DNA of 16,243 nt from Planctomycetota bacterium (GCA_038227875.1 JBBRPR010000107.1:1-16243), one strand, 5' to 3'; counted from the first letter of the stretch, positions 7,782 through 16,175 are shown. Numbers and translations are program-made. The notes: generated by a model not told the origin, from the sequence alone.

Positions 7782-7936
7782 GTGCCAAGGAGGAAGGCGG
7801 CTGTATGCTTGCTCCTTGCTGTGACGCTCGCGACTTTCGCGCACGCGGTTTGAGTTGGTCTACCGAACTCAGCGTGCTTTCAGAGAAGACACGCGCTGAG
7901 CAAGGAGCAAGCATACGGCCGCTTGCTCCTTGACAC
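7782..7936. repeat. Inverted pair of REP-like palindromes (REPIN/BIME-like unit)
   Basis: Right copy has a perfect 12-bp stem: CAAGGAGCAAGC-atacggcc-GCTTGCTCCTTG (7901-7932). The left copy (7782-7820) is a near-identical copy in opposite orientation. Located between convergent genes. Confidence 0.7.
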
Positions 7937-7990
7937 CCCAATCGCGCGGTTGACATCCATCGTGCGCTTTACCTATGACATTCCCATCCT

Positions 7991-9454
7991 TCAGCGCGGC
8001 TTGCCGTCGTTTTTCATCAGCCATTCTGCGTGGTGTGCGCGGTTGGTGTTGCGCAGGTAGCTGCAGTACGCGGGCAGCGCGGCGGTGTTGGCGTGGAGCG
8101 GGCCGCCTTCGCGGATTACGTCCTCAAACGGATCGGGATGGCCGCTGCGTTTCAGCTGTGTTTCGACCCAGCCGTCCATCAGGCGCAGACCTTCGGCGAC
8201 GCGATCGGGTTGCTGCGCGGCGAGATTGAATTGCTCGTGCGGATCCGTCGCGACATTGAAAAGCATCAGTTCCGGAAAATCCTTGTGGCCGGTGTGATAG
8301 GTGCGGATCAACAGATGATCGCCCCAGCGCACGCTGCGCTGGCAGCTCCACGCGCCTTGGCTCAAGACCAGGAACGGATGGCCCGTGTCCGCGCCGGACT
8401 GCAACGTCGCGGCGAAGCTCTTGCCGTCCCACGCTGAGGGCTGCTTGCCTTTCATCAGGTCGCAGAGCGTCGCGGCGAGATCCACGTTGTAATGCAGTCC
8501 GGTAAACGCGCGGCCGGCCTTGTCGCCGGTCAGGCCCGGCCACTTCACGATCAGCGGGACCTTGTTGCAGATGTTGTCGGCGGTCTGGTGATCGCCGTAG
8601 ATGTTGAGCTCGCCCTGATTTTCTCCATGATCGGCGGAGATGATGATCGCGGTGTCGTCGTAGAGATTCAGCGCTTTCAACTTCGCGACGATTTTCCCGA
8701 CGTAGTGATCGGCGTAGTGGATGCCGGTGTCGTAGCCGTCGATCCACGTCTTCCAGTCACTGACGTTGCGAATCGAACTCGCGCCGCGCGGCCAATTGAA
8801 GCTCTGATCGTACCGCCCGTGCGGCGCGACGGCGTCGTGCGTGCCGTAGCTGGCGCGCTGCTGGTCGATGATTTCCTGCGTGAGCCACGCCGGCGGCGGA
8901 TCGTCCTTGAAGGGGTTGCCATACTCCAGCGGCACGTCGTACGGCGCGTGCGGATCCCACAGATTGACGTGGAGAAACCACTGCCCGCGGCTCTGATTCG
9001 CGTCCAGCCAGCGCTCGACGTACGGCCAGACGACGTGCGCGCCTTCCAGTCCGTTGCCGCCGGTGTCGAAGGCTTCGTGAAAGCCGTACATGGTCTGGTA
9101 CGCGGTGTGGCGGTGCGGGAAGGGGGAAATCTGAGCGGTGTAGCAGCCGGCGTTGCGCAGCACTTCGGCCAGCGCGTTCTCGCAGTGGACGCTGCGGAAA
9201 TCGCGCCCCGCGCCCTGCGGCCGCATGTCGGCGCGGATGCCGCCGTGATTGACCACGCCGGTGTGGATGCCGAACTGTCCGGTGAACAGGGCCGTGCGCG
9301 AGGGCAGGCAGGGCGTGTCCGGCGCGTAGTAATTGGTGAAGCGCACGCCTTCGCTGGCCACCGCGTCGATGTGCGGCGATGTATTGCGATGGTAGCCGTA
9401 GCAGCCGAGATGATCTGGACGGAGGCTGTCGATATCGATGTAGATGATGCGCAT
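7991..9454 (-). CDS. Formylglycine-dependent sulfatase (S1 family, Cys-type), no signal peptide
   Basis: Motifs IDIDSLRPDHLGCYGY, CLPSRTALFTG (CxPxR), WDPHAPY, ISADHGE and LFNVATDPHEQFNLA. GGAG RBS directly follows the IclR stop codon. Confidence 0.93.
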   Translation of the reverse strand: MRIIYIDIDSLRPDHLGCYGYHRNTSPHIDAVASEGVRFTNYYAPDTPCLPSRTALFTGQFGIHTGVVNHGGIRADMRPQGAGRDFRSVHCENALAEVLRNAGCYTAQISPFPHRHTAYQTMYGFHEAFDTGGNGLEGAHVVWPYVERWLDANQSRGQWFLHVNLWDPHAPYDVPLEYGNPFKDDPPPAWLTQEIIDQQRASYGTHDAVAPHGRYDQSFNWPRGASSIRNVSDWKTWIDGYDTGIHYADHYVGKIVAKLKALNLYDDTAIIISADHGENQGELNIYGDHQTADNICNKVPLIVKWPGLTGDKAGRAFTGLHYNVDLAATLCDLMKGKQPSAWDGKSFAATLQSGADTGHPFLVLSQGAWSCQRSVRWGDHLLIRTYHTGHKDFPELMLFNVATDPHEQFNLAAQQPDRVAEGLRLMDGWVETQLKRSGHPDPFEDVIREGGPLHANTAALPAYCSYLRNTNRAHHAEWLMKNDGKPR

Positions 9455-9464
9455 GAAAATCTCC

Positions 9465-10238
9465 TTACGACGCTTTCTGATTCTGCGTGCTGCGATTCAA
9501 CGCCTGTGCTGCATTCAGTACCAACCGCACGAGGCGTTCGTGCGCGGCGCCTTTCAACGGAGCGGGGACCGCAGCGATGGCCAGCACGCCCCACAGATTT
9601 CCGGAGGCATCGCGCACGGGAACCGCGTAGCGGCGCACGCCGTACGTGTTGGGGTGCGCGCAGATTGCGATCTGCTGCTCGCGCGCGAGCTCCACGCGCT
9701 TGCGGAGCTCCGCCGCGGAGACGGGCTGGCGCACGCCTGCATTCCACTGCCAGTACCGCGCGCGTCCGGGTTGGGCATCATCGGCCCAGGCCAGGTGCGC
9801 GAACGTCAGCGCGAAGGCTTCCGTCGGATCGGGGCGCCAGCCGATGCGCGCGCGGACGGCGACTTCGTGGCCTTCCGGTTCGCAGCGTTCGATCATGGTG
9901 AGCTGTCCGCCGAGGTTGGCGAACAGTTCCACGGTATGCCCCGCCGGCGCGCAGAGTTTCTTGAGCGCCTCAAGGGCGCGAGCGCGGATGTCTTCGGCCA
10001 CCGGCGCAAACGGGACGAGCCGCAAGACCGCGCGGTAGCGGCGGTCGGTGGGATCGCGCTCGACGGCGCCGAGCGCCTCGAGCGTGGCCAGGAGGCGGAA
10101 GACCGAGGACTTCGGCCAGCCGGTGGTGGCCGCGAGTTTCTCGAGCGACGAGGGCCCATCGGTGCAGAGCCTGTTGAGGAGCAGCACGCCGCGGGTGAGG
10201 GCGGGGCAGGGATCGTCGGGGTTTTCGTGAAGTTCCAT
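9465..10238 (-). CDS. IclR-family transcriptional regulator
   Basis: N-terminal wHTH (PALTRGVLLLNRL...SLEKLAATTGWPKSSVFRLLATLEALGAVERDP) and a C-terminal effector-domain motif (GVRRYAVPVRDASGNLWGVLAIA). Confidence 0.9.
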   Translation of the reverse strand: MELHENPDDPCPALTRGVLLLNRLCTDGPSSLEKLAATTGWPKSSVFRLLATLEALGAVERDPTDRRYRAVLRLVPFAPVAEDIRARALEALKKLCAPAGHTVELFANLGGQLTMIERCEPEGHEVAVRARIGWRPDPTEAFALTFAHLAWADDAQPGRARYWQWNAGVRQPVSAAELRKRVELAREQQIAICAHPNTYGVRRYAVPVRDASGNLWGVLAIAAVPAPLKGAAHERLVRLVLNAAQALNRSTQNQKAS

Positions 10239-10276
10239 ATGTGGAACTTTGTACCGCTTATGGAATAAAGGTCAAC
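10230..10276 (-). promoter_or_regulatory. Palindromic operator(s) and candidate promoter overlapping the IclR start codon
   Basis: AAGTTCCA-tatg-TGGAACTT (10230-10249) covers the ATG, with a degenerate second site GTACCGCTTATGGAAT (10251-10266). A minus-strand TTGACC sits at 10271-10276. Confidence 0.6.
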
Positions 10277-10982
10277 AGAAATCTCTTCGCTGGGAACCCT
10301 CCGGGTTCCTTGAAGAATTGCGTGCACGAGTCCGCGCGCTCCTCCATATCCACCAGGCCGGGGCGAGGACGGGGAAGAGCAGCGGCGTGAACACGAAACC
10401 AAGCGCAAACACCACCGCGCGTGAAAATGCGTTCTGGCCCAGGGCGCTGTAGCGGCAGAGTTCCATCGACAGCGCTAGGGCGCCGGCTTCGAGCACGAAG
10501 AAGATCGCGGCGTATAGGACGAAGGCCAGTTTGTCGAAGTGATGTAGCGACGGGTTGTTCATCAGCATGGTGAGCCCCGCGCCGAAACTGACCGCGGCGA
10601 TCAGGAGGTCTTGCAGCCAGAGTTTCGCGGTGGGACGAGGCGACGATGGCGGGGTCTCGTCATGGGGTTCGATGGTCCATAAGATTGCGATCGCGGAGAG
10701 CGCAGAGACGGTCAGCACAGACAAAAAGCCGAACAATCCAACGGAGTCCACATGACAGCACATCAGGAAACCGGTGCAGATTAGGGAGGCGATGCAGACA
10801 GGGAGTTCAACAGCCGCCAGGAAGAGGCTCAGCGGCTTCTGAATGAACTGTTCGCTCCGGGCCAGCGCGCGAACCGCCCAGCGCGAGAGGATGCTCCCCA
10901 CCAGGAATGCTGGCAGGCCGATAAACAGCACGAACAATGCGATCAGTTCGCCGCCGCTGGGTCCGCACGCTAAGACAAACAT
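10272..10982 (-). CDS. Hypothetical multi-pass membrane protein (paralog A)
   Basis: About 6 hydrophobic segments and a GGAGG RBS. Shares PTAKLWLQDL and LCRYSxLGQNAxSRAVVF with the adjacent ORF. Confidence 0.8.
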   Translation of the reverse strand: MFVLACGPSGGELIALFVLFIGLPAFLVGSILSRWAVRALARSEQFIQKPLSLFLAAVELPVCIASLICTGFLMCCHVDSVGLFGFLSVLTVSALSAIAILWTIEPHDETPPSSPRPTAKLWLQDLLIAAVSFGAGLTMLMNNPSLHHFDKLAFVLYAAIFFVLEAGALALSMELCRYSALGQNAFSRAVVFALGFVFTPLLFPVLAPAWWIWRSARTRARNSSRNPEGSQRRDFC

Positions 10983-11009
10983 GGGTGTGCCCTCCGAAGA
11001 ATTCGGATT

Positions 11010-11711
11010 TCATTTTGCCGCCAATTGCGAACGCGTTGCTTCGCGACGCGCGTGTGAACGCGCACCGTGCCAAACCCACCATGCCGGGAGAAGGACCGGA
11101 AAGAGGATAGGCATGAGTCCGAGCGTGAGCACAAACACCACCGCCCGCGATAGCGCGTTTTGGCCCAGTCTGCTGTAGCGGCAGAGTTGCATAGACAGTG
11201 CGAAAGCGAGAGATTCCAAGACGAGCAGGACCACTGGGTCGAAGGAAAAAGCGCAGACATTTTCGAGGATGTGAAGATAACGCAGAGAGGGGTGACTTAT
11301 TATCAGCGTCAGGATTCCACCGAACGCAACGGCCGCAATCGGTAGGTCCTGAAGCCAGAGCTTCGCAGTGGGACGGTCGTATATTTGAACAGCTTCAAGG
11401 GGCGGTTCAAATTTCAGCGATAAGAACGCTACATAGATGAAAGCGATGAGCAGTAATACACCGTCCCGAAACAGATCCTGGTAGGGAGTATATCTGTTCC
11501 ACTTTTCGAATAAGCCGAGCTGCACTAGAACCGTGCTGAGCACCACACAAATCGATGCAAGAAACAAGCTCACCGGCTTTGGCGTGAAAAGCGAATGCTT
11601 TGCCCAGAAGTTGAGTATCCAGTTCGAAAATAATGTTGTGACCGACAGGCATATCAGGCCGGACATCAGGAAAATTATCATTAACCAGTATTGGGTTCCC
11701 GGTGGCAGCAT
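11010..11711 (-). CDS. Hypothetical multi-pass membrane protein (paralog B)
   Basis: About 6 hydrophobic segments and an AAAGGAG RBS. Clearly paralogous to 10272-10982, with visibly lower GC. Confidence 0.8.
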   Translation of the reverse strand: MLPPGTQYWLMIIFLMSGLICLSVTTLFSNWILNFWAKHSLFTPKPVSLFLASICVVLSTVLVQLGLFEKWNRYTPYQDLFRDGVLLLIAFIYVAFLSLKFEPPLEAVQIYDRPTAKLWLQDLPIAAVAFGGILTLIISHPSLRYLHILENVCAFSFDPVVLLVLESLAFALSMQLCRYSRLGQNALSRAVVFVLTLGLMPILFPVLLPAWWVWHGARSHARREATRSQLAAK

Positions 11712-11815
11712 TGTTGTTGCTCCTTTGATGAGCTAATAATAGCCCATGCCTGATCCATTTCATTTCAATAGGATTTAATATTACCATCATCACTGTTGAT
11801 AGAACTTTAACCCGC

Positions 11816-11839
11816 ACTTAGCGACTTAACGACTTAGCG
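11816..11839. repeat. Octamer tandem repeat ACTTARCG x3
   Basis: ACTTAGCG ACTTAACG ACTTAGCG. Confidence 0.7.
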
Positions 11840-11979
11840 CCAGAATACACGCCCGGCCGCACCTGAGCATCTTGGCGCCTCAGTGGCTTGGCCTTGGCGT
11901 TGCATCGATTGCGTTTCGCTGGTTGCTCTGTCGGGAAAGTCGACGTACACGGAAATATCATCTGCATCGAGGACTGATT

Positions 11980-13092
11980 ATGACTCTGCGTCGCGTTGGA
12001 ATTTCGCAGCTCGCCGCTCTGTTGGCAATGCTTTCCGGCCGCATCTCCGCGGCGGAAAAGTCTGGGAAGGACGTCGAGATCCGCGAGCAACTAGGCGTGA
12101 TGCTGCAGCTCGACAACATGCTGCCCGAATCCCACGTCTGGGGTCACCTCGCCAAGGACGTCGACGAACAGTTCGAGATCCTCGAAAACGCCGGTGTGAA
12201 ATGGACGCGTGTTGCGATCCTCTGGGAGGAAATCGAGGCCAAACGCGGGCAGTGGAATTGGGAGGCCGCCGACAAGGTCGTCCATTCCGCAAAGGAGCAC
12301 CACCTCAACATTCTCTGGATCGTTGGCGGAACGGCGTTGTGGGACAGCACCGACAAGGATTGGGACGGCGCGCCGAAGGACATCGGCGATCCGCACGGCG
12401 CGTTTCCGCAGTTCGTGCAGAAGCTGGTCGAACGTTACAAGAGCGAAATTCAATACTGGGAAGTGCGCAATGAACCGAACCTCGACAAGTTTCCGGTTGA
12501 AACTTACGCGGCGTATCTTGAGCAGGCGTATCACGCGATCAAGCGCGAAGATCCGAAAGCTCACGTGGTTCTCGGCGGACTCGGCGGCAAGGTTCCGCAG
12601 GAGCTCGGTTACTTCAAGAAGCTCGTGAACATCCTGAAGGCCAAGGGCGGGCCGATGCCCTTCGAGATCGCGAACTTCCACGTCTATCCCAACCAGGCCG
12701 CCGAGGAGGGATTCAAAGGCGCCGATGCCGTGGGAAAATTCATCGACTGGAGCAGCATGCGGATCGACAAGGAAATTGCAGAGCTGGGTCTGGGCACGAT
12801 GCCGGCGTGGATTACGGAGTTCGATTATCCAGCGGAGGCCAAACACCAGACCGACGATCCCGAATTCCACGCCGGAGAGGCCAGCCAAGTAAATTTCGTG
12901 AAAGCGATGTTCACCCGCATGGCCGCCGGCCATCCGGAACGCAAAGTCTTTTACGCCTCGCTGCTCGACGATTTCAACAGCGGCGGCGAATTTAAATCGA
13001 CGGGATTGATCGAGTCAGACAAGGATCACCACATCCTGAAACACCGCGAATCGCTGGCGGCACTGCGGGAATTGTTCAAACGGAAAGACTGA
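11980..13092 (+). CDS. Secreted clan GH-A glycoside hydrolase (GH39/GH5-like)
   Basis: ATG 11980 follows GAGGA and begins a signal peptide. Motifs AGVKWTRVAILWEEIE, YWEVRNEPN (acid/base Glu), NFHVY and WITEFDY (nucleophile Glu). Confidence 0.85.
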   Translation: MTLRRVGISQLAALLAMLSGRISAAEKSGKDVEIREQLGVMLQLDNMLPESHVWGHLAKDVDEQFEILENAGVKWTRVAILWEEIEAKRGQWNWEAADKVVHSAKEHHLNILWIVGGTALWDSTDKDWDGAPKDIGDPHGAFPQFVQKLVERYKSEIQYWEVRNEPNLDKFPVETYAAYLEQAYHAIKREDPKAHVVLGGLGGKVPQELGYFKKLVNILKAKGGPMPFEIANFHVYPNQAAEEGFKGADAVGKFIDWSSMRIDKEIAELGLGTMPAWITEFDYPAEAKHQTDDPEFHAGEASQVNFVKAMFTRMAAGHPERKVFYASLLDDFNSGGEFKSTGLIESDKDHHILKHRESLAALRELFKRKD

Positions 13093-13098
13093 TTCCCG

Positions 13099-13203
13099 CT
13101 AGCAGCCCGTTGATTAATCCCTTGCCTGCGCCGCGAAACGCCTTTACTGCCAGGCGTTTCACGGAGAAACGCGGCGGAAGTTGCCTTTTCAACGGGCTGC
13201 TAG
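13099..13203. mobile_element. MITE-like element with CTAG-flanked terminal inverted repeats (IS5/IS1182-like ends)
   Basis: CTAGCAGCCCGTTGA (13099-13113) and TCAACGGGCTGCTAG (13189-13203) are a perfect 15-bp inverted repeat. Internal hairpin GAAACGCCT/AGGCGTTTC. No transposase. Confidence 0.6.
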
Positions 13204-14123
13204 GCCTTGACCCAGCGGGCGTTGCCGGCGGTGACGGGGAAGAGGTCGGGCTGGATGATCTGGGCGAGGTCTTCCAGGCCGTCGACGATGCGCGGGCCGG
13301 GGCGCGAGAGGGTGGCGTTGGCGTTCATGATGTAGACGCGGCCGGATTTCACGGCGGGGAGATCGTTCCAGCCGGGGCGCTTGGTCAGCAGCGCAGCGTC
13401 CTGGCGCGCGCGGGGAATGTCGTAGCCGCACGGCGCGATGATGATGATCTCCGGTTGGCTGCTCACCACTTTTTCCCAGGCCACGACCTGCGAGACTTCG
13501 CCGGCCTTGCCCAGCACGTCGCGGCCGCCGGCCAGGTCGATCATCTCCGGCACCCAGTGGCCGCCGCCGAAAATCGGGTCGACCCATTCGATCATCGCCA
13601 CGCGCGGCCGTTTCGCGGCAGGGAGATCGCGGGTGCGGCCGGCGACTTCGCCGACGCGTTCTTCCAGCTTGTCGACGACTTCTCCGGCGCGGTCGATCTT
13701 TCCCGTGATCTCGCCGACGCGGCGGATGTCGGTGAGGATCCCCGTCAGGTCCTGCGGGTCGAGCGAGAGGATCTGCGGTTCGGGGCGCAGCGTCTTGGCT
13801 TCCTTGATCACGAAATGATTGGGAATTGCGCAGACGTCGCAGAGCCCCTGGGTGATGATCAGGTCCGGTTTGGCCTGCTTCAGCGCATCGGGCTTGAAGC
13901 GGTAGACGCCTTCGCCGGCCTTCAGTGTTTCGCGGATTTTCGTGTCGATTTCCAGCGCGCTCATTTTTTCGACCGCGTGGCCCAGGCAGCTTTCGATCAG
14001 CACGGGCTTGGTCTTCGCCGCTTCCGGATAATCGCATTCATGGGTGATCCCGACCAGCTCGTCGGCCAAGCCCAACTCGCAGACAATCTCGGTGGAACTT
14101 GGCAGCAGTGAAACGATGCGCAT
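13200..14123 (-). CDS. BtuF-like cobalamin/Fe-siderophore binding-protein family member lacking a signal peptide
   Basis: Motifs MRIVSLLPSSTEIVCELG, VGITHECDYP, KPDLIITQGLCDVCA, EWVDPIFGGGHWVPEMI and SRPGPRIVDGLE. Confidence 0.88.
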   Translation of the reverse strand: MRIVSLLPSSTEIVCELGLADELVGITHECDYPEAAKTKPVLIESCLGHAVEKMSALEIDTKIRETLKAGEGVYRFKPDALKQAKPDLIITQGLCDVCAIPNHFVIKEAKTLRPEPQILSLDPQDLTGILTDIRRVGEITGKIDRAGEVVDKLEERVGEVAGRTRDLPAAKRPRVAMIEWVDPIFGGGHWVPEMIDLAGGRDVLGKAGEVSQVVAWEKVVSSQPEIIIIAPCGYDIPRARQDAALLTKRPGWNDLPAVKSGRVYIMNANATLSRPGPRIVDGLEDLAQIIQPDLFPVTAGNARWVKA

Positions 14124-14156
14124 GAATTTTCAGCTCTCAATCTTGTCGGCGGTTTT

Positions 14157-14756
14157 TTACGACAACAGTTTCTTCAGCTCGGTCCGGCACAGCACCGTGG
14201 CGATGGAGCGGTGGCTGACGCGGTTCTTCTCCTCCGCGGAAATCTCCGCGAAGGTCTTGTTCAAGCCGGCGATGCGGAAGACCGGATCGTACCCGAATCC
14301 GCCGTGGCCGTGTGCTTCCAGCGCGATGTACCCCTTGCATTCGCCGCGGAAAATCAGCGGCGCGTGGCCGGGGCGGCAGAGCGCAATGACGCAGGCGAAG
14401 AGCGCCGTCCGTCTACCTTCCGGCACGCCGCTGAGTTCACGCAGCAGCTTGGCGATGTTGTCGGCAAACGAGCAGCCCGGACCGGCGTAGCGCGCGGCGT
14501 AAATTCCCGGCCGGCCGTCCAAGGCATCGACGAAGAGCCCGGTGTCGTCGCTCAGCGACCATTCACCACTGAGCTTTTCGGCGGCCTGCGACTTGATCAG
14601 CGCATTTTCTTCCAGCGTCGTGCCGCTCTCGTCGGGATCGAACGGACCGTATTCGGACGCTACTTTTAGTTGCAACGGCAGCCCGCCCTCCAGGAGCAGT
14701 GGCGAAATCTCCTGGACCTTGTGCTTGTTGCCGGTGCCGATGACGATCGTTTTCAC
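14157..14756 (-). CDS. rdgB: dITP/XTP pyrophosphatase (RdgB/HAM1 family)
   Basis: Motifs GTGNKHK, ENALIK, SDDTGLFVDALDGRPGIYAARYAG, GFGYDPVF and EKNRVSHR. GTG start with CAGGAG RBS, directly downstream of rph. Confidence 0.95.
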   Translation of the reverse strand: MKTIVIGTGNKHKVQEISPLLLEGGLPLQLKVASEYGPFDPDESGTTLEENALIKSQAAEKLSGEWSLSDDTGLFVDALDGRPGIYAARYAGPGCSFADNIAKLLRELSGVPEGRRTALFACVIALCRPGHAPLIFRGECKGYIALEAHGHGGFGYDPVFRIAGLNKTFAEISAEEKNRVSHRSIATVLCRTELKKLLS

Positions 14757-14774
14757 GCAGACTCACTCCTGAAA

Positions 14775-15503
14775 TTACAGCGTGGCCAGCAGTTCCGGAC
14801 CGACGGCTTTTTTCTGCAGCGCGATCAATTCCTTGATCCCCGCGGTCGCCAGATCCAAAAGCTTGTCGAACTCCGCGCGATCGAACGGACCGTGTTCGGC
14901 GGTGCCTTGGATTTCGATGAACTTCCCGGCCTCGGTCATCGCGACGTTGCAGTCGACTTCGGCGTTGACATCTTCCTCGTAGCAGAGGTCCAGTGTCGGC
15001 ACGCCCTTGATGATGCCGACGCTAACAGCGGCGACGAAGGTGGTGAGCGGCGAGGTCGTGATCTTTCCGGTGCTCTTGAGCTTCGCGATCGCCAGCGCCA
15101 CGGCGACCATCGCGCCGGTGATCGACGCGGTGCGTGTGCCGCCGTCGGCCTGGAGCACGTCGCAATCGATGTGCAGGGTGCGTTCGCCGAGTTTCTTCAA
15201 GTCGATGGTGGGGCGCAGCGCGCGGCCGATCAGGCGCTGAATTTCCACGGTGCGTCCGTCCTGCTTGCCACGCGCGCCGTCGCGGGCCTTGCGGGTGTGC
15301 GTGCTGCGCGGGAGCATGCCGTATTCGGCCGTCAGCCAGCCTTGTCCGCGTCCGGTGAGAAAGGGAGGAACGCTCTCTTCCAGCGAGGCGGTGCAGATCA
15401 CTTTCGTATTTCCGCAGCTCACGAGGGCCGAGCCTTCGGCATAGGGCATGAAACCGGTCTGAATGGTGACCGTGCGCAACTGATCCGGACGCTTCGTGGA
15501 CAT
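14775..15503 (-). CDS. rph: Ribonuclease PH
   Basis: Motifs [69 protein letters not shown] and EIQGTAE. Start placed at ATG 15503 ([10 protein letters not shown]) with AAGGAG RBS rather than at 15770. Confidence 0.97.
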   Translation of the reverse strand: MSTKRPDQLRTVTIQTGFMPYAEGSALVSCGNTKVICTASLEESVPPFLTGRGQGWLTAEYGMLPRSTHTRKARDGARGKQDGRTVEIQRLIGRALRPTIDLKKLGERTLHIDCDVLQADGGTRTASITGAMVAVALAIAKLKSTGKITTSPLTTFVAAVSVGIIKGVPTLDLCYEEDVNAEVDCNVAMTEAGKFIEIQGTAEHGPFDRAEFDKLLDLATAGIKELIALQKKAVGPELLATL

Positions 15504-15560
15504 GGCGTTTCTCCTTGGGTTATCGGCGCGCGAGTCTACAAGCGGCGCAGGGAGAATACA

Positions 15561-15594
15561 TTTTCCATTTTCCGTTTCCCTCTTCCATTTTCCG
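15561..15594. repeat. Degenerate heptamer tandem repeat (TTTTCCR)
   Basis: TTTTCCA TTTTCCG TTTCCC TCTTCCA TTTTCCG. Confidence 0.6.
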
Positions 15595-15845
15595 TTGCGC
15601 AAGCGGTTGCGGTTGATCAGAGGCTGGACGGGAATTTTGGATTTGGGCGATGCGCTGAGCAAGGAGCAGTATCGAAGGATTATCCATGCCTCACGACCAC
15701 GACGATCCTCGTCCGCGCTACCATCTGTCCGGTGCGCTCGGTTCAGCGGCACCGTTGCCTTTCTACGCATTTGGCGTAATATACAGCTTCAATTCAAAGA
15801 TATTGTAAACGTTCTAAGCCACTTCATTCGGCAAAGGAGAAATCG

Positions 15846-16118
15846 ATGGCCAGCAAGATCAAAATTAAAATGTCGGGCATCGAAATCGAATACGAGGGGG
15901 ATCACGAATTCCTCCAATCGGAATTGCTGTCCCTAGTGAAGAATCTTATGGATATTGCTCCGGAACCGGGCGATCCGCCCCCCGCTGTTGTCGATTCAGG
16001 CGCTGAAGCTGTTGAGGCTAGTGTTCCGGCGTTATCATCGATCGCGTCAAGACTATCGGTAGACAGCGGCCCGTCGCTCGTAAAGGCAGCTTTGTATCAA
16101 GCGGAAGCGTCCCACTGA
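15846..16118 (+). CDS. Hypothetical protein, possibly truncated
   Basis: AAGGAG RBS and a protein-like N-terminus (MASKIKIKMSGIEIEYEGDHEFL). Lower GC than the core genes. Confidence 0.6.
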   Translation: MASKIKIKMSGIEIEYEGDHEFLQSELLSLVKNLMDIAPEPGDPPPAVVDSGAEAVEASVPALSSIASRLSVDSGPSLVKAALYQAEASH

Positions 16119-16175
16119 TTGTTGAAAATTGAAGAGCGTCCCGTGCCGATGAAGAAAGGTATGGGAGCGATGAAA

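Noticed and set aside
7782..7936. Possible mini CRISPR array
   Set aside because: Only two units, in inverted rather than direct orientation, with a 78-nt spacer and no cas genes.
7950..7979. TTGACA-N18-TATGAC promoter antisense to the sulfatase
   Set aside because: The -10 lacks the conserved final T and there is no supporting downstream feature. It is plausibly chance.
8492..9901. Long + strand ORF (469 aa) and other long antisense or alternate-frame ORFs (e.g. 8677-9747, 13110-14111, 14670-15779, 5725-6552)
   Set aside because: Shadow ORFs of well-supported genes, as expected in high-GC DNA. They show no recognisable motifs.
11872..11979. N-terminal extension of the glycoside hydrolase
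   Set aside because: ATG 11980 has a GAGGA RBS and yields a plausible signal peptide.
15504..15770. N-terminal extension of rph
   Set aside because: It crosses heptamer repeats and intergenic DNA. RNase PH homology and the RBS point to ATG 15503.
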